From Candidatus Eiseniibacteriota bacterium (GTDB lineage: Bacteria > Eisenbacteria > RBG-16-71-46), in assembly GCA_038231135.1 (NCBI GenBank), contig JBBRLX010000003.1:64001-128000 (forward strand): a stretch of 64,000 nt of DNA, read 5' to 3'. The notes below the pieces were generated by a model. The model saw only the letters and a list, made by a program, of their open reading frames with translations, was not told where the DNA came from and did not search any database. The position numbers were made by a program, and so were the translations under genes. The number at the start of each line of letters is the position of its first letter. Within the stretch, counting starts at the first letter, position 1. Shown here piece by piece: positions 27,232 through 37,406 of this stretch.

Positions 27232-30042
27232 TCAGCGCAGCATGACCCATCGCCGCCCGGCGCCGGGTTCACCGCGGGGGCGCGCGAAGTACACGCCCGC
27301 CGGCCAGCCCAGCGTGCGTGCGGCAGGCAGTTCGGCGCGCCAGCCGTCCGCGGCGCGCGCCAGCTCGACGCTCGCGAGCCGGCGACCCCCGATGTCGTAC
27401 ACGTCGAGCCAGGGATTGGCCGGCCGCGATGCCACCGACAGCTCGAGCGCCGCACCCCGCCGCAGGGGGTTCGGCCCCACCCGGAGCGCGATGCCGGCGG
27501 CCGGCGCCGGCGCCGGGGGCACTGTGAGGGTCGTGCCGGGGAGGAGCCGCTGCCGCACGAGCAGCTGCGGGCGGCCGGCGATGTAGCCGGTGAACAGCAC
27601 CGTCACCGCATCGTGCGACTGCGGAAGCACCACCGGCTGCGTGCCGTCGACGCCCTCGCTCACGTCGGTGCTGCGATAGTCCCAGCCGCGTTCGGGGGTC
27701 CAGCGGCGGTAGTGGATCTCGACCGGCGTCGCGCCGCTGCCCTCGTACGCCAGGTGCAGGCCGCCATCACGGTCCGGCGTCAGGATCGGCGCCTGGAACG
27801 GTGCGGTCTGCTGCTCCATCACGGTGTCGCGCGGCGATGGCGTGCGATCCGGCCAGCGGCGCTGATAGTGCAGCTCGTATGTTCCCGGGCCGCTGACCTG
27901 CCAGACCACGTGCAACGTGCCCGCAGCGTCGGTGACGGCGGCGAGCGCCGTCTGGGAGTAGGTCGGCGCGCGGGTGAGCGTGAACGGCTGGGACATGCCC
28001 GAATCCGGGTTGAAGCGGGCGGCCCAGATGCGCTGCGGCTGCTGGGGGGCCGCCGGCCGGTCGATCCACAGCACGTGCGCGACGCCGGCCGGGCTCACTG
28101 TGATCGCGGGTGTCGAGGGATAGCCGGGCGGCGTCGTGAGCTCGCGTGGCAGGCCGAACGGCGAGCGATAGGTGAACCGCATGAACATCACCTGCGGCTG
28201 ATCGTTCAGCGTGTACTGGAACGCCAGATCGATCGTGCCGCTGCGGTCGGCGGCGATCGCGGGGGCGGAGCACGTCCCGGGCAGCGTCACGATCGGGCGC
28301 TCGTCGGTCCAGTGCCCGTGCATCCGGGCGCGGTAGTAGAGCCGCGCGTTGCCGGCGCGGGTGTCGCTCCACACCACGGCGAGGTCGTTGCCGGGCAGCA
28401 CGGCGAGCGTGGGATCGAGCGCCGCGCCGGGGGAGGAGCTGACCTGGAACGCGCCGCTCCATCCCGAGCGGCCGGTGTGCAGCACGATCTGCGGCCTGCC
28501 GTCGCGGAGCTCGTCGCGCACCACGTAACCGGTGCCGTCGCTGCCCTGGCCCGCGGTCGAGGCGGGGCTGTAGGACGGCAGCGGCGCATAGTCCGCTTCC
28601 GTGAAGTTCTGGATCGGCTGCCAGCCGGGCGCCCGCACCTGGAGCGTGAACCGCATGTCGGCGCCGACACGCTGGATGTCGCGGATCGCGAGCTGGGTCA
28701 CGGCGTTGCTGAAGCTCCGCAGATTGGGCTGACCCTCGTCGTCGACGTGGGTGCGGTTGAGCGCTCCGGGGAACGGATCGCTGCCGTCGCCATGATTGCG
28801 TCCCACGACGAGATCGCTGTCGCCATCCCCTTCGACGATCACGAGCCCCGGCGTGCCCACGTTCACCGAGTTGTTGGGCACGCGGGCCCCGACGACCGTT
28901 TCGTCGATGTGATAGACGATCATGCCTTCGAACGGCAGCGTGCGATCGAACTGCCGGCCCTTCTGGCGATTCTCGATCAGGAAGTGCTCGCTATTCTGTT
29001 CGCCCTGGAACCACATCTCGAGCACCGAGCCGGTGGTGGCGATGGGCGGCAGCGTGACGACCTGGTCCTGCGTGGGCCGCTCCGTCTGGTCCCAGCCGAG
29101 GAACTGCATCGGCCACGCGCCGAGATGGGCCGGCGATTCCGGGGACACGCCGTTCGCGCCGTAGATGCCGGTCGACATCAGCGACCAGTTGCCGGGTCCG
29201 ACATTGGCGGTGCCGCCCAGCGACGAGGTGTCGTAGAGGTCGGGCAGACCGAGAGCGTGGCCGAACTCGTGGCAGAACACGCCGACTTCCGAAATCGCCC
29301 CGGGATGGAGGCCGGACAGCTCGGGCAGCACCGAGAACCGGTCCACCATGATGGAGCGATCCGACGACCCCGGCACCGGCGTCGAGGTCTTGAGCGGCTC
29401 GCCGAGCCGCCACGAGCTGGTCCGGGTGGTGATCGACCACAACGCGTTCGGGTCGTGCGAGGTCTCGCCGCCCGGCCCCGCATGGAGCAGCCACACCATG
29501 TCGACGTAGCCGTCGTGATCGAGATCGTACTTGGACCAGTCCACCGACGCCTGGGTCAGGATCATGGCATCCCGCAGCGCGCCGTAGCTGTTGGACGGTG
29601 TGCCGGTGACGTCGAGGCCATAGGAATACTCGGCGTAGTCCGCGCGATTCCGGGGCAGCGTGACGGTCGCCACCACCTCGCCGATCACCCGCAGCACCCC
29701 GCGCGACGTCCAGCGGTAGTAGTCGAACACCGTGCCGTTGCCGGTGCCGTCCGTGCTGTCGAACAGGGCGTGATCGAAATCGGCCTTGCTGTAGCGCAGC
29801 GGCATGTCGCGGAACCCGATCATGATGATCGGGACCCGCCACACGGTCCGGGCGGCGCTGGTGCCGAGCCCGTGGGGCGCCGCGGGGACGTCCAGCGCCC
29901 CGGTCTGGAACGCGCGCGACACCGCGGGGGGCAGCGGGCCGGAAAACGGCGGTGCGGTGGCGCCGGCCGGGAGGCTCACGGCCAGGAACACCATCGTGAT
30001 CGCAAGGGTCCGGAAGAGGACGACGCTGCGCGCCAGGGGCAT
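27232..30042 (-). CDS. M6 (immune inhibitor A-like) metalloprotease with beta-propeller-like repeats and C-terminal sorting domain
   Basis: Signal peptide; FCHEFGHALGLPDLYD; WSLMSTG; FLIENRQ; terminal PNPLRR..VYDIGGRR..AGVYFAR. Confidence 0.9.
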   Translation of the reverse strand: MPLARSVVLFRTLAITMVFLAVSLPAGATAPPFSGPLPPAVSRAFQTGALDVPAAPHGLGTSAARTVWRVPIIMIGFRDMPLRYSKADFDHALFDSTDGTGNGTVFDYYRWTSRGVLRVIGEVVATVTLPRNRADYAEYSYGLDVTGTPSNSYGALRDAMILTQASVDWSKYDLDHDGYVDMVWLLHAGPGGETSHDPNALWSITTRTSSWRLGEPLKTSTPVPGSSDRSIMVDRFSVLPELSGLHPGAISEVGVFCHEFGHALGLPDLYDTSSLGGTANVGPGNWSLMSTGIYGANGVSPESPAHLGAWPMQFLGWDQTERPTQDQVVTLPPIATTGSVLEMWFQGEQNSEHFLIENRQKGRQFDRTLPFEGMIVYHIDETVVGARVPNNSVNVGTPGLVIVEGDGDSDLVVGRNHGDGSDPFPGALNRTHVDDEGQPNLRSFSNAVTQLAIRDIQRVGADMRFTLQVRAPGWQPIQNFTEADYAPLPSYSPASTAGQGSDGTGYVVRDELRDGRPQIVLHTGRSGWSGAFQVSSSPGAALDPTLAVLPGNDLAVVWSDTRAGNARLYYRARMHGHWTDERPIVTLPGTCSAPAIAADRSGTIDLAFQYTLNDQPQVMFMRFTYRSPFGLPRELTTPPGYPSTPAITVSPAGVAHVLWIDRPAAPQQPQRIWAARFNPDSGMSQPFTLTRAPTYSQTALAAVTDAAGTLHVVWQVSGPGTYELHYQRRWPDRTPSPRDTVMEQQTAPFQAPILTPDRDGGLHLAYEGSGATPVEIHYRRWTPERGWDYRSTDVSEGVDGTQPVVLPQSHDAVTVLFTGYIAGRPQLLVRQRLLPGTTLTVPPAPAPAAGIALRVGPNPLRRGAALELSVASRPANPWLDVYDIGGRRLASVELARAADGWRAELPAARTLGWPAGVYFARPRGEPGAGRRWVMLR

Positions 30043-30138
30043 GGAAACTCGTATCCGATCATGGTCGACGATCGAATCGATCGTCGGGCCGACCCCGGTC
30101 GACGGCCATGACACTATATCACGAACCGGGCCCCGGCC

Positions 30139-31473
30139 GTGGCGGGTTCCACCCGCCGTGTCGCCACGGCGTTCGACTGTGTTAGCGTCCTCGTCAACGT
30201 GTGGACTGCATGCCGCAGGTACGGCCCCGACACCCCAGGGAGGATCGCCGCGCTGGTCCTCGCAGGGAGCCTGTTCGGATCGGCGCTGCACGCCGCCGAT
30301 CTGCCGCTGCTGCGCTCCGATCGCGTACCGCAGTTCACCGCCGACCTGGTGGTGTCGCTACGTCCCGACGGCGAGCCGGCGCTGGCGGTCTCGATCGTCG
30401 TTCCCTACCGGCAGCTCGAGTGGCTCAAGGCGCCGCTGGGCTACGCCGCGGTCGTGGAGTTCACCGTGGTGTTCGAACCCGATCACCCGGGGGCCCAGAT
30501 CGGCGACTCGTGGGACCGCCCGCTGCTGGTCGCCGACTTCTCGACCACGGTGAAGGCGGGCTCGAGCGTGATCGAACGGCGCACGTTCGACCTGCCGCCG
30601 GGTCGCTATCGGGTCCGGATCGGTGTGCGCGCCGGGGATTCGGACGTGCCCTCCACGGCCACCGGACACGTCGAGGTGCCCGACTATTCGCGCGTGCCGC
30701 TCGGTCTCGCGGACGTCGAGCTGGGAGTCGCGGGGCTGTCCGGCGAGTTCCAGCCGGTCCCGTCACGGGCATTCGGGCGCAACGCGTCGCGACTCGCGGC
30801 TCGCATGGCGCTGTTCGACCGGCGTGCCGGAGCGTGGCCGCGCGACTACCCGGTGCGGTATTGGATCAACGACGACACCGGCAATGAAGTGGCCACGGGA
30901 ACCCGCAGCCTGTCGCTGTCGCACAGCAACGAGCCGGTCGTGGTGGCGCCGGATTCGCTGGACCTGTTCCTCGGCAGCTACGTGTTCGTGGCCGAGATCG
31001 GGCAGGGCGACTCGCGCTGGCGCGTCGAGCGGTCGTTCGAGGTCGAGGACTCGGGGCCGCCGCGGGGCAGGGAGTTCCAGCGCTTGCTCGAGCCGCTGTC
31101 GTTCATTGCGGATGGGCACGAGATCGACCGGCTGCGCAAACTCGCGCCGGCCGATCAGGCGGCGGGCTGGGAGGCGTTCTGGCAGCGCCGCGACCCGACC
31201 CCCGACACGCCCCGCAACGAGGCGTTGCTCGAATTCTTCCGCCGCGTGCGCTATGCGTCCCGGCATTTCCAGACGTTCGGTCCGGGCTGGCGGTCCGACA
31301 TGGGCCGGATCTACATCAAGTACGGTCCACCCGATCAAACCGAGAGCCGTCCCGCGACCGGCTCCGACGCTCCACTCGAGATCTGGGACTACAACCGGCC
31401 CTATCGCCGGTTCGTGTTCGAGGATCGTGACGGGTTCGGACGCTACGTGCTCGTGGGTCCGGTGACCGAATGA
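30139..31473 (+). CDS. GWxTD-domain-containing protein
   Basis: FWQRRDPTPDTPRNE; GWRSDMGRIYIKYGPPD; signal-like segment; start uncertain. Confidence 0.85.
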   Translation: MAGSTRRVATAFDCVSVLVNVWTACRRYGPDTPGRIAALVLAGSLFGSALHAADLPLLRSDRVPQFTADLVVSLRPDGEPALAVSIVVPYRQLEWLKAPLGYAAVVEFTVVFEPDHPGAQIGDSWDRPLLVADFSTTVKAGSSVIERRTFDLPPGRYRVRIGVRAGDSDVPSTATGHVEVPDYSRVPLGLADVELGVAGLSGEFQPVPSRAFGRNASRLAARMALFDRRAGAWPRDYPVRYWINDDTGNEVATGTRSLSLSHSNEPVVVAPDSLDLFLGSYVFVAEIGQGDSRWRVERSFEVEDSGPPRGREFQRLLEPLSFIADGHEIDRLRKLAPADQAAGWEAFWQRRDPTPDTPRNEALLEFFRRVRYASRHFQTFGPGWRSDMGRIYIKYGPPDQTESRPATGSDAPLEIWDYNRPYRRFVFEDRDGFGRYVLVGPVTE

Positions 31474-32330
31474 CCGCTCCACGTCCCGGTCACGCCGTCG
31501 TGACGCTGCCGGCGCTCGATGTGCGCCGCCGTCCCGATCACGCGAGCGAGCTGCTCAGCCAGCTCCTGATGGGCGAGGTGGTCCGTGCGCTCGACACCGC
31601 CGATCGCGGCCGCTGGTGGCGGATTCGCAATGCCGCCGACGGCTACGCAGGCTGGGTGCGGACCTGGGGCCTGGTGCCGTGCCCCGCCGACCGGGCGCGC
31701 CGCTGGCTCCTGCGCGCGCGGGCGCGGGTGGCGGTCAGCCATGCGGAGATCCGGAGCGCCGCCGGCGACGACAGCGTGGTGAGTCCCGTGTTCTGGAACA
31801 GCCGGCTGATCGTGGGGCCGGCCCGGGGCGGCCGGCGCACGGCCGAGCTGCCCGACGGGCGGCGGGGCGTGCTGGATGCGGCCGTGGTGCGCGTGCGCCC
31901 CGGACCTGCGCTCGCCCTGATGGATCGCGTGCGTGCGCTGTTCGGCATTCCCTACCTGTGGGGCGGCCGCACGCCGATGGGATTCGACTGCTCGGCGCTC
32001 ACGCAGCAATTGTGGTTCGAACAGGGACTCCAGCTGCCGCGGGATGCGCGCGATCAATGGCGGGCTTGCCGGCCGATCCCCGTGCGCGAAGCCCGAATCG
32101 GCGACCTGGTGTTCTTCGCGGCCCCGCGGCGCCCGCCTGGGCACGTGGGCCTGGTGCTCGGCGGGGGGTACTACGTACACGCCCGCGGCAGGGTGCTCGT
32201 GGGCTCGATAGATTCATCTAATCCATTGTGCGATAAAGAGTTGCTATTTCAGTTACAGGGGTGCGGAGCACCCCCCGGTCGCCCCCGCTCGGGCCTCCCG
32301 AAGGCCTCCCGGACCCCAGATTCGGCTTGA
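31470..32330 (+). CDS. SH3 plus NlpC/P60 (C40) peptidase
   Basis: SQLLMGE..DGYAGWV; PYLWGGRTPMGFDCS; GHVGL..YVHA. Confidence 0.9.
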   Translation: MTAPRPGHAVVTLPALDVRRRPDHASELLSQLLMGEVVRALDTADRGRWWRIRNAADGYAGWVRTWGLVPCPADRARRWLLRARARVAVSHAEIRSAAGDDSVVSPVFWNSRLIVGPARGGRRTAELPDGRRGVLDAAVVRVRPGPALALMDRVRALFGIPYLWGGRTPMGFDCSALTQQLWFEQGLQLPRDARDQWRACRPIPVREARIGDLVFFAAPRRPPGHVGLVLGGGYYVHARGRVLVGSIDSSNPLCDKELLFQLQGCGAPPGRPRSGLPKASRTPDSA

Positions 32331-32356
32331 CAAGGTTTCCGGGGCTTCCCTAAGTT
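32327..32356 (+). promoter_or_regulatory. Putative sigma70 promoter
   Basis: TTGACA-N18-TAAGTT upstream of the porin-like gene. Confidence 0.55.
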
Positions 32357-32591
32357 CCCCCGGGCGTTTGCCAGGATCCTTCCCAATCGAGGTTTGGTCC
32401 TGGCTTTTTATTGCGTGCTCCATTCCAGTCCAGCGTGACGGGAGTGGCACCTCGGCAACTGCAACGAATAATTCGGCTTGAAAGGAGGTGGGGCTCGGAA
32501 GTATCCGCGTTGTAGGTTTCAGCCACGAACACGGTTGATGCTGCATCGTGGCCATCGCAGCTCTATCCCAAAGCCAAGGAGGCATCTCCAA

Positions 32592-33899
32592 ATGAGTTCT
32601 CTTCGCAAGAGTATCGTTCTTGGTGCAATCCTGCTCGCGATCCCGGTTCTGGCGAATGCCCAGACCTCGCGCGTGGAAGGCATGTCGCTTCAGGGCGACT
32701 ACATCAAGGACTACACAGGCATCTACACGTATGTGTCGGGCGTCTCGAACGTGGGCAACCTGGTGTACGGCGAACTCGGTACCGAGACCGGTATTCCGGG
32801 TGCGGGCGGCAGTCAGTTCGACCGCAGCGTCGGCGCCGTGATCGGCAACCTGTGGGACGGCCGGTTCGGAACCTGGGCGATCCATCTGCGCTCGCTCACG
32901 CCGGCTCTCGGCCAGGGCGACGTCGCCGGTCAGCCGAATCCGGGCTTCGGCGGTTTCGACCCGAATACGAACAGCAACGAGTCGTTCGACGTCATGTGGG
33001 GCCGCAAGATGGGCACCACGAGCTTCGGCCTGCGCCTCAACCGGTCGTACTTCAGGCTCGAGGATCAGCTCCCGGGCGTGACGACGACCCTCAAGTTCGA
33101 CGTGCCGACGGTGGGCGCGGGTGATCCGAATCTGGGTCGCAACGTGTTCGGTATCGGCGGCGGCGTCGGCTTCGAGATGAATCCAAACACCAATGTCGAG
33201 CTCGCGCTCCTCTACCAGGCGCGTGATTTCGAGAGCACGATCACGGGTGGCACGAGCCAGAAGGACGACAACTCGGCCAACTGGCTGGCATCCGGCCGCG
33301 CGATGTGGCAGTGGATGCCGAACGTGATGGTCGTGCCGGTCATCAAGTTCTACAGCTTCGACCTGTCCAACAAGTTCTCCCCCGCGGCGGGCGCGGCCAC
33401 GACGTTCAACAACACGTTGAACGGCTGGCAGGCCGGCATCGCGGGCAACTGGACGGTGGGCTCGAACGACCTGTTCGTGCTCGGCGCCACGTTCGCCCAG
33501 AACAAGCTGGAGCAGCAGTACGACATCCTCGGCGTGTCGGCGTTCTCGGGGGCCTCGGGCTTCCCGGTCGGCGATTCGCTCAAGGTCACGGAGACCCTCA
33601 CCCCGCAGGTGTTCGCCGCGCTCGAGACGCACGTGAACAACTGGCTGACGCTGCGTCTGGGTGCCAACAAGGGTGCATGGCAGAAGATCAAGCTCGAGGA
33701 TCTGGGCGCCGGCGGTCGGCACCTCGAGCTGAACCTGTCGTCGTTCAACATGAACATCGGCGCCGGCGTGAAGCTGGGAACGCTCCAGCTGGACGCCGTC
33801 GTGAACAACGAATTCCCGCAGACCCTGGGTGGCTGGTTCAGCAACATCCCCGGCGGTTTCGTGGCGTTCCCGAAGGTCACCGCGACGTACGCGTTCTGA
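32592..33899 (+). CDS. Outer-membrane beta-barrel (porin-like) protein
   Basis: AAGGAGG RBS; signal peptide; amphipathic strands; C-terminal VTATYAF; own terminator. Confidence 0.75.
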   Translation: MSSLRKSIVLGAILLAIPVLANAQTSRVEGMSLQGDYIKDYTGIYTYVSGVSNVGNLVYGELGTETGIPGAGGSQFDRSVGAVIGNLWDGRFGTWAIHLRSLTPALGQGDVAGQPNPGFGGFDPNTNSNESFDVMWGRKMGTTSFGLRLNRSYFRLEDQLPGVTTTLKFDVPTVGAGDPNLGRNVFGIGGGVGFEMNPNTNVELALLYQARDFESTITGGTSQKDDNSANWLASGRAMWQWMPNVMVVPVIKFYSFDLSNKFSPAAGAATTFNNTLNGWQAGIAGNWTVGSNDLFVLGATFAQNKLEQQYDILGVSAFSGASGFPVGDSLKVTETLTPQVFAALETHVNNWLTLRLGANKGAWQKIKLEDLGAGGRHLELNLSSFNMNIGAGVKLGTLQLDAVVNNEFPQTLGGWFSNIPGGFVAFPKVTATYAF

Positions 33900-33923
33900 C
33901 CCGACAGGAACCCGGCTGCAGTC

Positions 33924-33951
33924 AGAGGGGCGCCTTCGGGCGCCCCTTTGT
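33924..33951 (+). terminator. Intrinsic terminator
   Basis: AGGGGCGCC-TTCG-GGCGCCCCT followed by TTGT. Confidence 0.85.
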
Positions 33952-34210
33952 CGTTGGACCGCGGGCAGGCCGCCGGGGTCTCAAGGCGCTTTCCGTGCTC
34001 GAATCGATTTCCCAGTTTGGCAAGACTATTTCAGGATCGTTTGTACAATCCGCTGACCTTTCCCCCCATCGCGCGGCCTCCGACGGATTCCCGGCCGAGT
34101 CGCCGCCGACGCCGTAGCCCCTTGCGCTACCGATAATTCCGGGGTTTCCGTTCAACTCAAGATCGGGACATCCGCGCATATCCTTGCAACGCATTACCTT
34201 GCGCTTTGCG

Positions 34211-34226
34211 TGGTCCGTCCCTTGCA
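34211..34226 (+). promoter_or_regulatory. Putative sigma54 promoter upstream of the TonB receptor operon
   Basis: TGGTCCGTCCCTTGCA versus consensus TGGCACG-N4-TTGCA (2 mismatches, correct GG-N10-GC spacing). Confidence 0.5.
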
Positions 34227-34556
34227 TGCTCGCTGCGCGTTCGGCGGCACGAGACTTTGCAACGTCTCCGGCGGTCTGGCGTTCGACCGTCGCGTCGTAG
34301 CATGAAACATGAGACCGGGCTGGCCCATCCCCCGCCAGTTCGTATATGTTTCAAACGTGTAAACTGCCACCTGGATGTCAGGTCCCCCTGGGAGTCGCTT
34401 TCGGCCGTGGCGAACATCCTCAAGAGTTCGCGGTCGTTCGTCGCAGGCAACGCAGGGAAGCGCCGTTCGAAATCACCAGGTGTTTCGCGTGTCGATCCGG
34501 CATCTGCCGGCGGGTTTCGGGAGTCACCGGGGATTCATTGGAAAAGGAGATGGGAC

Positions 34557-37385
34557 ATGCATCGCATCGCGGTTAGGGCCGCAAGTCTCGTCACCGGGGG
34601 GCTGGTTGCGGTCCTGCTGGCCACCTCGCTGTGGGCGGGAACCACGGGCAAGCTGACGGGCAGGGTCGTCGACGAGAAAAAGCAGCCGCTCGTCGGGGTG
34701 AATGTCCGAATCGAAGGGCAGCGCCTCGGAGCGATCACCGATGCGAACGGCAACTTCGTCGTCATCGGTGTGCCGGCCGGCGTCTACCTCGTGCATGCCA
34801 ATCTGCTGGGGTTCGGGCCCTACGCCGCGGACAACGTCACCGTCACGTCGGATTTCACGACCACGCTCGACGTCACGCTCAAGACCGAGGCGATCCAGCA
34901 GCAGGAGGTGCACGTCGACGCGACGCGGCCGCTGCTGCAGCGCGACGCCACCGGCACCACTCGCGTGCTGTCCCAGTCCGACATCCAGAAGCTGCCCACG
35001 CGCGGCTATCGTGACGCGGCGGCCCAGCAGACGGGCGTCGTGAATTTCGGGCGCAACATCGACAACGAGGCCCAGAATTCGAACACCCTCATCATCCGCG
35101 GGGGCCGTCCCAACGAGACCGCCTACTTCGTGGACGGGTTCTCGCAGCAGGACCCGCTGACGGGCACGTCGAGCACTTCGATCAGCAACAGCGCGATCGA
35201 GGAGGTCGTGGTGCTCACCGGTGGCTTCAATGCCGAGTACGGCCGCATCATGTCGGGTGCCGTGAACGTCGTGACGCGGGAGGGTGGCCAGAAATACTTC
35301 GGCTCGCTCGAGGCGGTGTCCGACGCGCTGGCCGGCAACTGGATCCAGGCGGCGAAGACCGACTACAACATCTACGACCTGACGCTCGGCGGGCCGGTGA
35401 TCCCCGGCAACGACCGGCTGACGTTCTTCGTCTCCGGCGAGCGCCGCTGGCAGCGGGACCGGTCGCCGTCGTTCCTGCCGACCGCGTTCCGCCAGGAGCT
35501 GACCCAGCTCCACGCCGAGCAGGACATCAAGCCCGACAACACCTCGTCCGCCTATACGTTCCAGGGCAAGCTGGCGTACCAGATCAGCGACAAGGACCAG
35601 CTCAAGGTCGGCGGCCTGGGCTCCCAGGACGACTGGCGCCAGTTCTCGCAGTTCTACCTGCTCGATCCCACGCACGGACCGCGGTACACCGACCGGAACC
35701 AGTCGTTCTACTCGACGCTCAATCACGTGTTCAACAACCGCACGTTCGCGAACGTGGGGGTGAACTACTTCGAGACCGAGCGCAAGCGCGGCGACGCGAC
35801 GGCGTTCGACCGCCTGGGCGACTACTACGTGCCTGGCGGCAACTCGCTGTACGACCAGGACGTGCCGATCTTCTACCTGCCGACCCACGTCTGGGATGAC
35901 TATCTGCAGCGCAACTCGAATTACATCGGCGCCACCGGAACGGTGTCGTCGCAGTTGAACCAGTACCACCAGCTCAAGGTCGGCGCGGATTACCAGTACC
36001 ACACGCTCCGGCTGTTCGATCACTACTTCCCGACCCAGCTGGGCGGCGATAATCCGGACCTCAACAACTGGGACGGTTATGGTTACAAGATCGGCGTTGG
36101 CCCCGACGGCGCGTTCCGGCTGGAGAACGAGGACAGCGGACGCGACGGTCCGAAGCACCCGAAGGTGTGGTCGACCTACGTGCAGGACAAGTACGAGCGA
36201 TCGGGCGTGATCGTGAATGGCGGACTGCGCTACGACCATATCGACGTGAACACGCCGGCGCTCAAGAACGAGCGGTTCCCGCTCGGCGACCCGACCGATC
36301 CGAACAACAATCCGGACCTGCTCGAGGCCAATGACCTGATCCCCAACAAGACCTACGGCCGCATCTCGCCGCGGCTGGGTGTGGCGTTCCCGGTCGACGA
36401 GAAGACGATCATGCGGTTCAACTTCGGGCAGTTCTACCAGCAGCCGAACCTCCAGGACCTGTACGTGAACTACCGGTTCCTCGAGTACAAGGTGCGCACC
36501 GGCGGCTACTTCGTCGGGTTCGGCAATCCGAACCTGCGGCCGGAGCGGACGACCGCGTACGAGGCCGGCCTCCAGCGCCAGCTCGGCGACCAGGTGAAGC
36601 TCGACGTGACGGCCTACTACAAGGACGTGAAGGACCTCGTCGAGGTCACGAACGTCCCGTCGCATCCGAAGAGTTTCTCGTCGTTCCGCAACCGCGATTT
36701 CGCGACGATCCAGGGGCTAGACCTGGGACTGACGATGCGGCCGGTCAACCACATCTCGGCGAACCTCGCGTACAGCCTGTCGTTCGCGCAGGGCACGGGA
36801 TCGGTGTCGAACACGCAGCGCAACATCGCATGGGTGGGCACCGAGACTCCGAAGCAGACGTCGCCGCTCGACTTCGACCAGCGTCACAAGATCTCGATGA
36901 ACCTCGACTACCGGCTCGGCCGCGGCGAGGGCCCGGCGTTCAGCGGCCATCGCTGGCTGCAGGAGACGGGCATCAACGCGCTGCTCAACGTGTCGAGCGG
37001 CACGCCGTATACCCCGACCAAGGTCTTCAACGAGGTCACGCTGGCCGCGATCAGCCCGGAGCCGGTGGGTCCGGTGAACTCGCGGTACGGTCCCTGGAAC
37101 GTGACGCTCGATCTCAAGGCCTCGCGCGCGTTCACGGTGTCGAACCTGCACATGGAAGCGTTCGTGTGGGGACTCAACGTGTTCGACAACCGGAATCCCG
37201 TCACGGTCTACACCTCGACCGGCAATACGCTGTCGACCAACTGGCTCAACACCGATGAAGGCGAGGCGTTCATCCAGAACACCTCCGCCAAGAACGGCGG
37301 CGGACTGTACGAGCTCGCGACCAACAATCCGAACCTGTACTCGAATCCGCGGCTCGTTCGTTTCGGCCTGCGGACCAACTTCTAG
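34557..37385 (+). CDS. TonB-dependent receptor with N-terminal carboxypeptidase-regulatory-like domain
   Basis: AAGGAGA RBS; GTTGKLTGRV; plug IRGGRPNETAYFVDG, GGFNAEYG; C-terminal PRLVRFGLRTNF. Confidence 0.92.
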   Translation: MHRIAVRAASLVTGGLVAVLLATSLWAGTTGKLTGRVVDEKKQPLVGVNVRIEGQRLGAITDANGNFVVIGVPAGVYLVHANLLGFGPYAADNVTVTSDFTTTLDVTLKTEAIQQQEVHVDATRPLLQRDATGTTRVLSQSDIQKLPTRGYRDAAAQQTGVVNFGRNIDNEAQNSNTLIIRGGRPNETAYFVDGFSQQDPLTGTSSTSISNSAIEEVVVLTGGFNAEYGRIMSGAVNVVTREGGQKYFGSLEAVSDALAGNWIQAAKTDYNIYDLTLGGPVIPGNDRLTFFVSGERRWQRDRSPSFLPTAFRQELTQLHAEQDIKPDNTSSAYTFQGKLAYQISDKDQLKVGGLGSQDDWRQFSQFYLLDPTHGPRYTDRNQSFYSTLNHVFNNRTFANVGVNYFETERKRGDATAFDRLGDYYVPGGNSLYDQDVPIFYLPTHVWDDYLQRNSNYIGATGTVSSQLNQYHQLKVGADYQYHTLRLFDHYFPTQLGGDNPDLNNWDGYGYKIGVGPDGAFRLENEDSGRDGPKHPKVWSTYVQDKYERSGVIVNGGLRYDHIDVNTPALKNERFPLGDPTDPNNNPDLLEANDLIPNKTYGRISPRLGVAFPVDEKTIMRFNFGQFYQQPNLQDLYVNYRFLEYKVRTGGYFVGFGNPNLRPERTTAYEAGLQRQLGDQVKLDVTAYYKDVKDLVEVTNVPSHPKSFSSFRNRDFATIQGLDLGLTMRPVNHISANLAYSLSFAQGTGSVSNTQRNIAWVGTETPKQTSPLDFDQRHKISMNLDYRLGRGEGPAFSGHRWLQETGINALLNVSSGTPYTPTKVFNEVTLAAISPEPVGPVNSRYGPWNVTLDLKASRAFTVSNLHMEAFVWGLNVFDNRNPVTVYTSTGNTLSTNWLNTDEGEAFIQNTSAKNGGGLYELATNNPNLYSNPRLVRFGLRTNF

Positions 37386-37406
37386 TCCCAGCGCCAGGAG
37401 GCAGCC

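Noticed and set aside
34245..34261. CGGCACGAGACTTTGCA as a sigma54 promoter
   Set aside because: GG-GC spacing is 11 nt, not the required 10.
34230..34556. Cobalamin, TPP or c-di-GMP riboswitch before the TonB receptor
   Set aside because: Conserved cores were not recognisable by eye; kept only as an unclassified structured leader.
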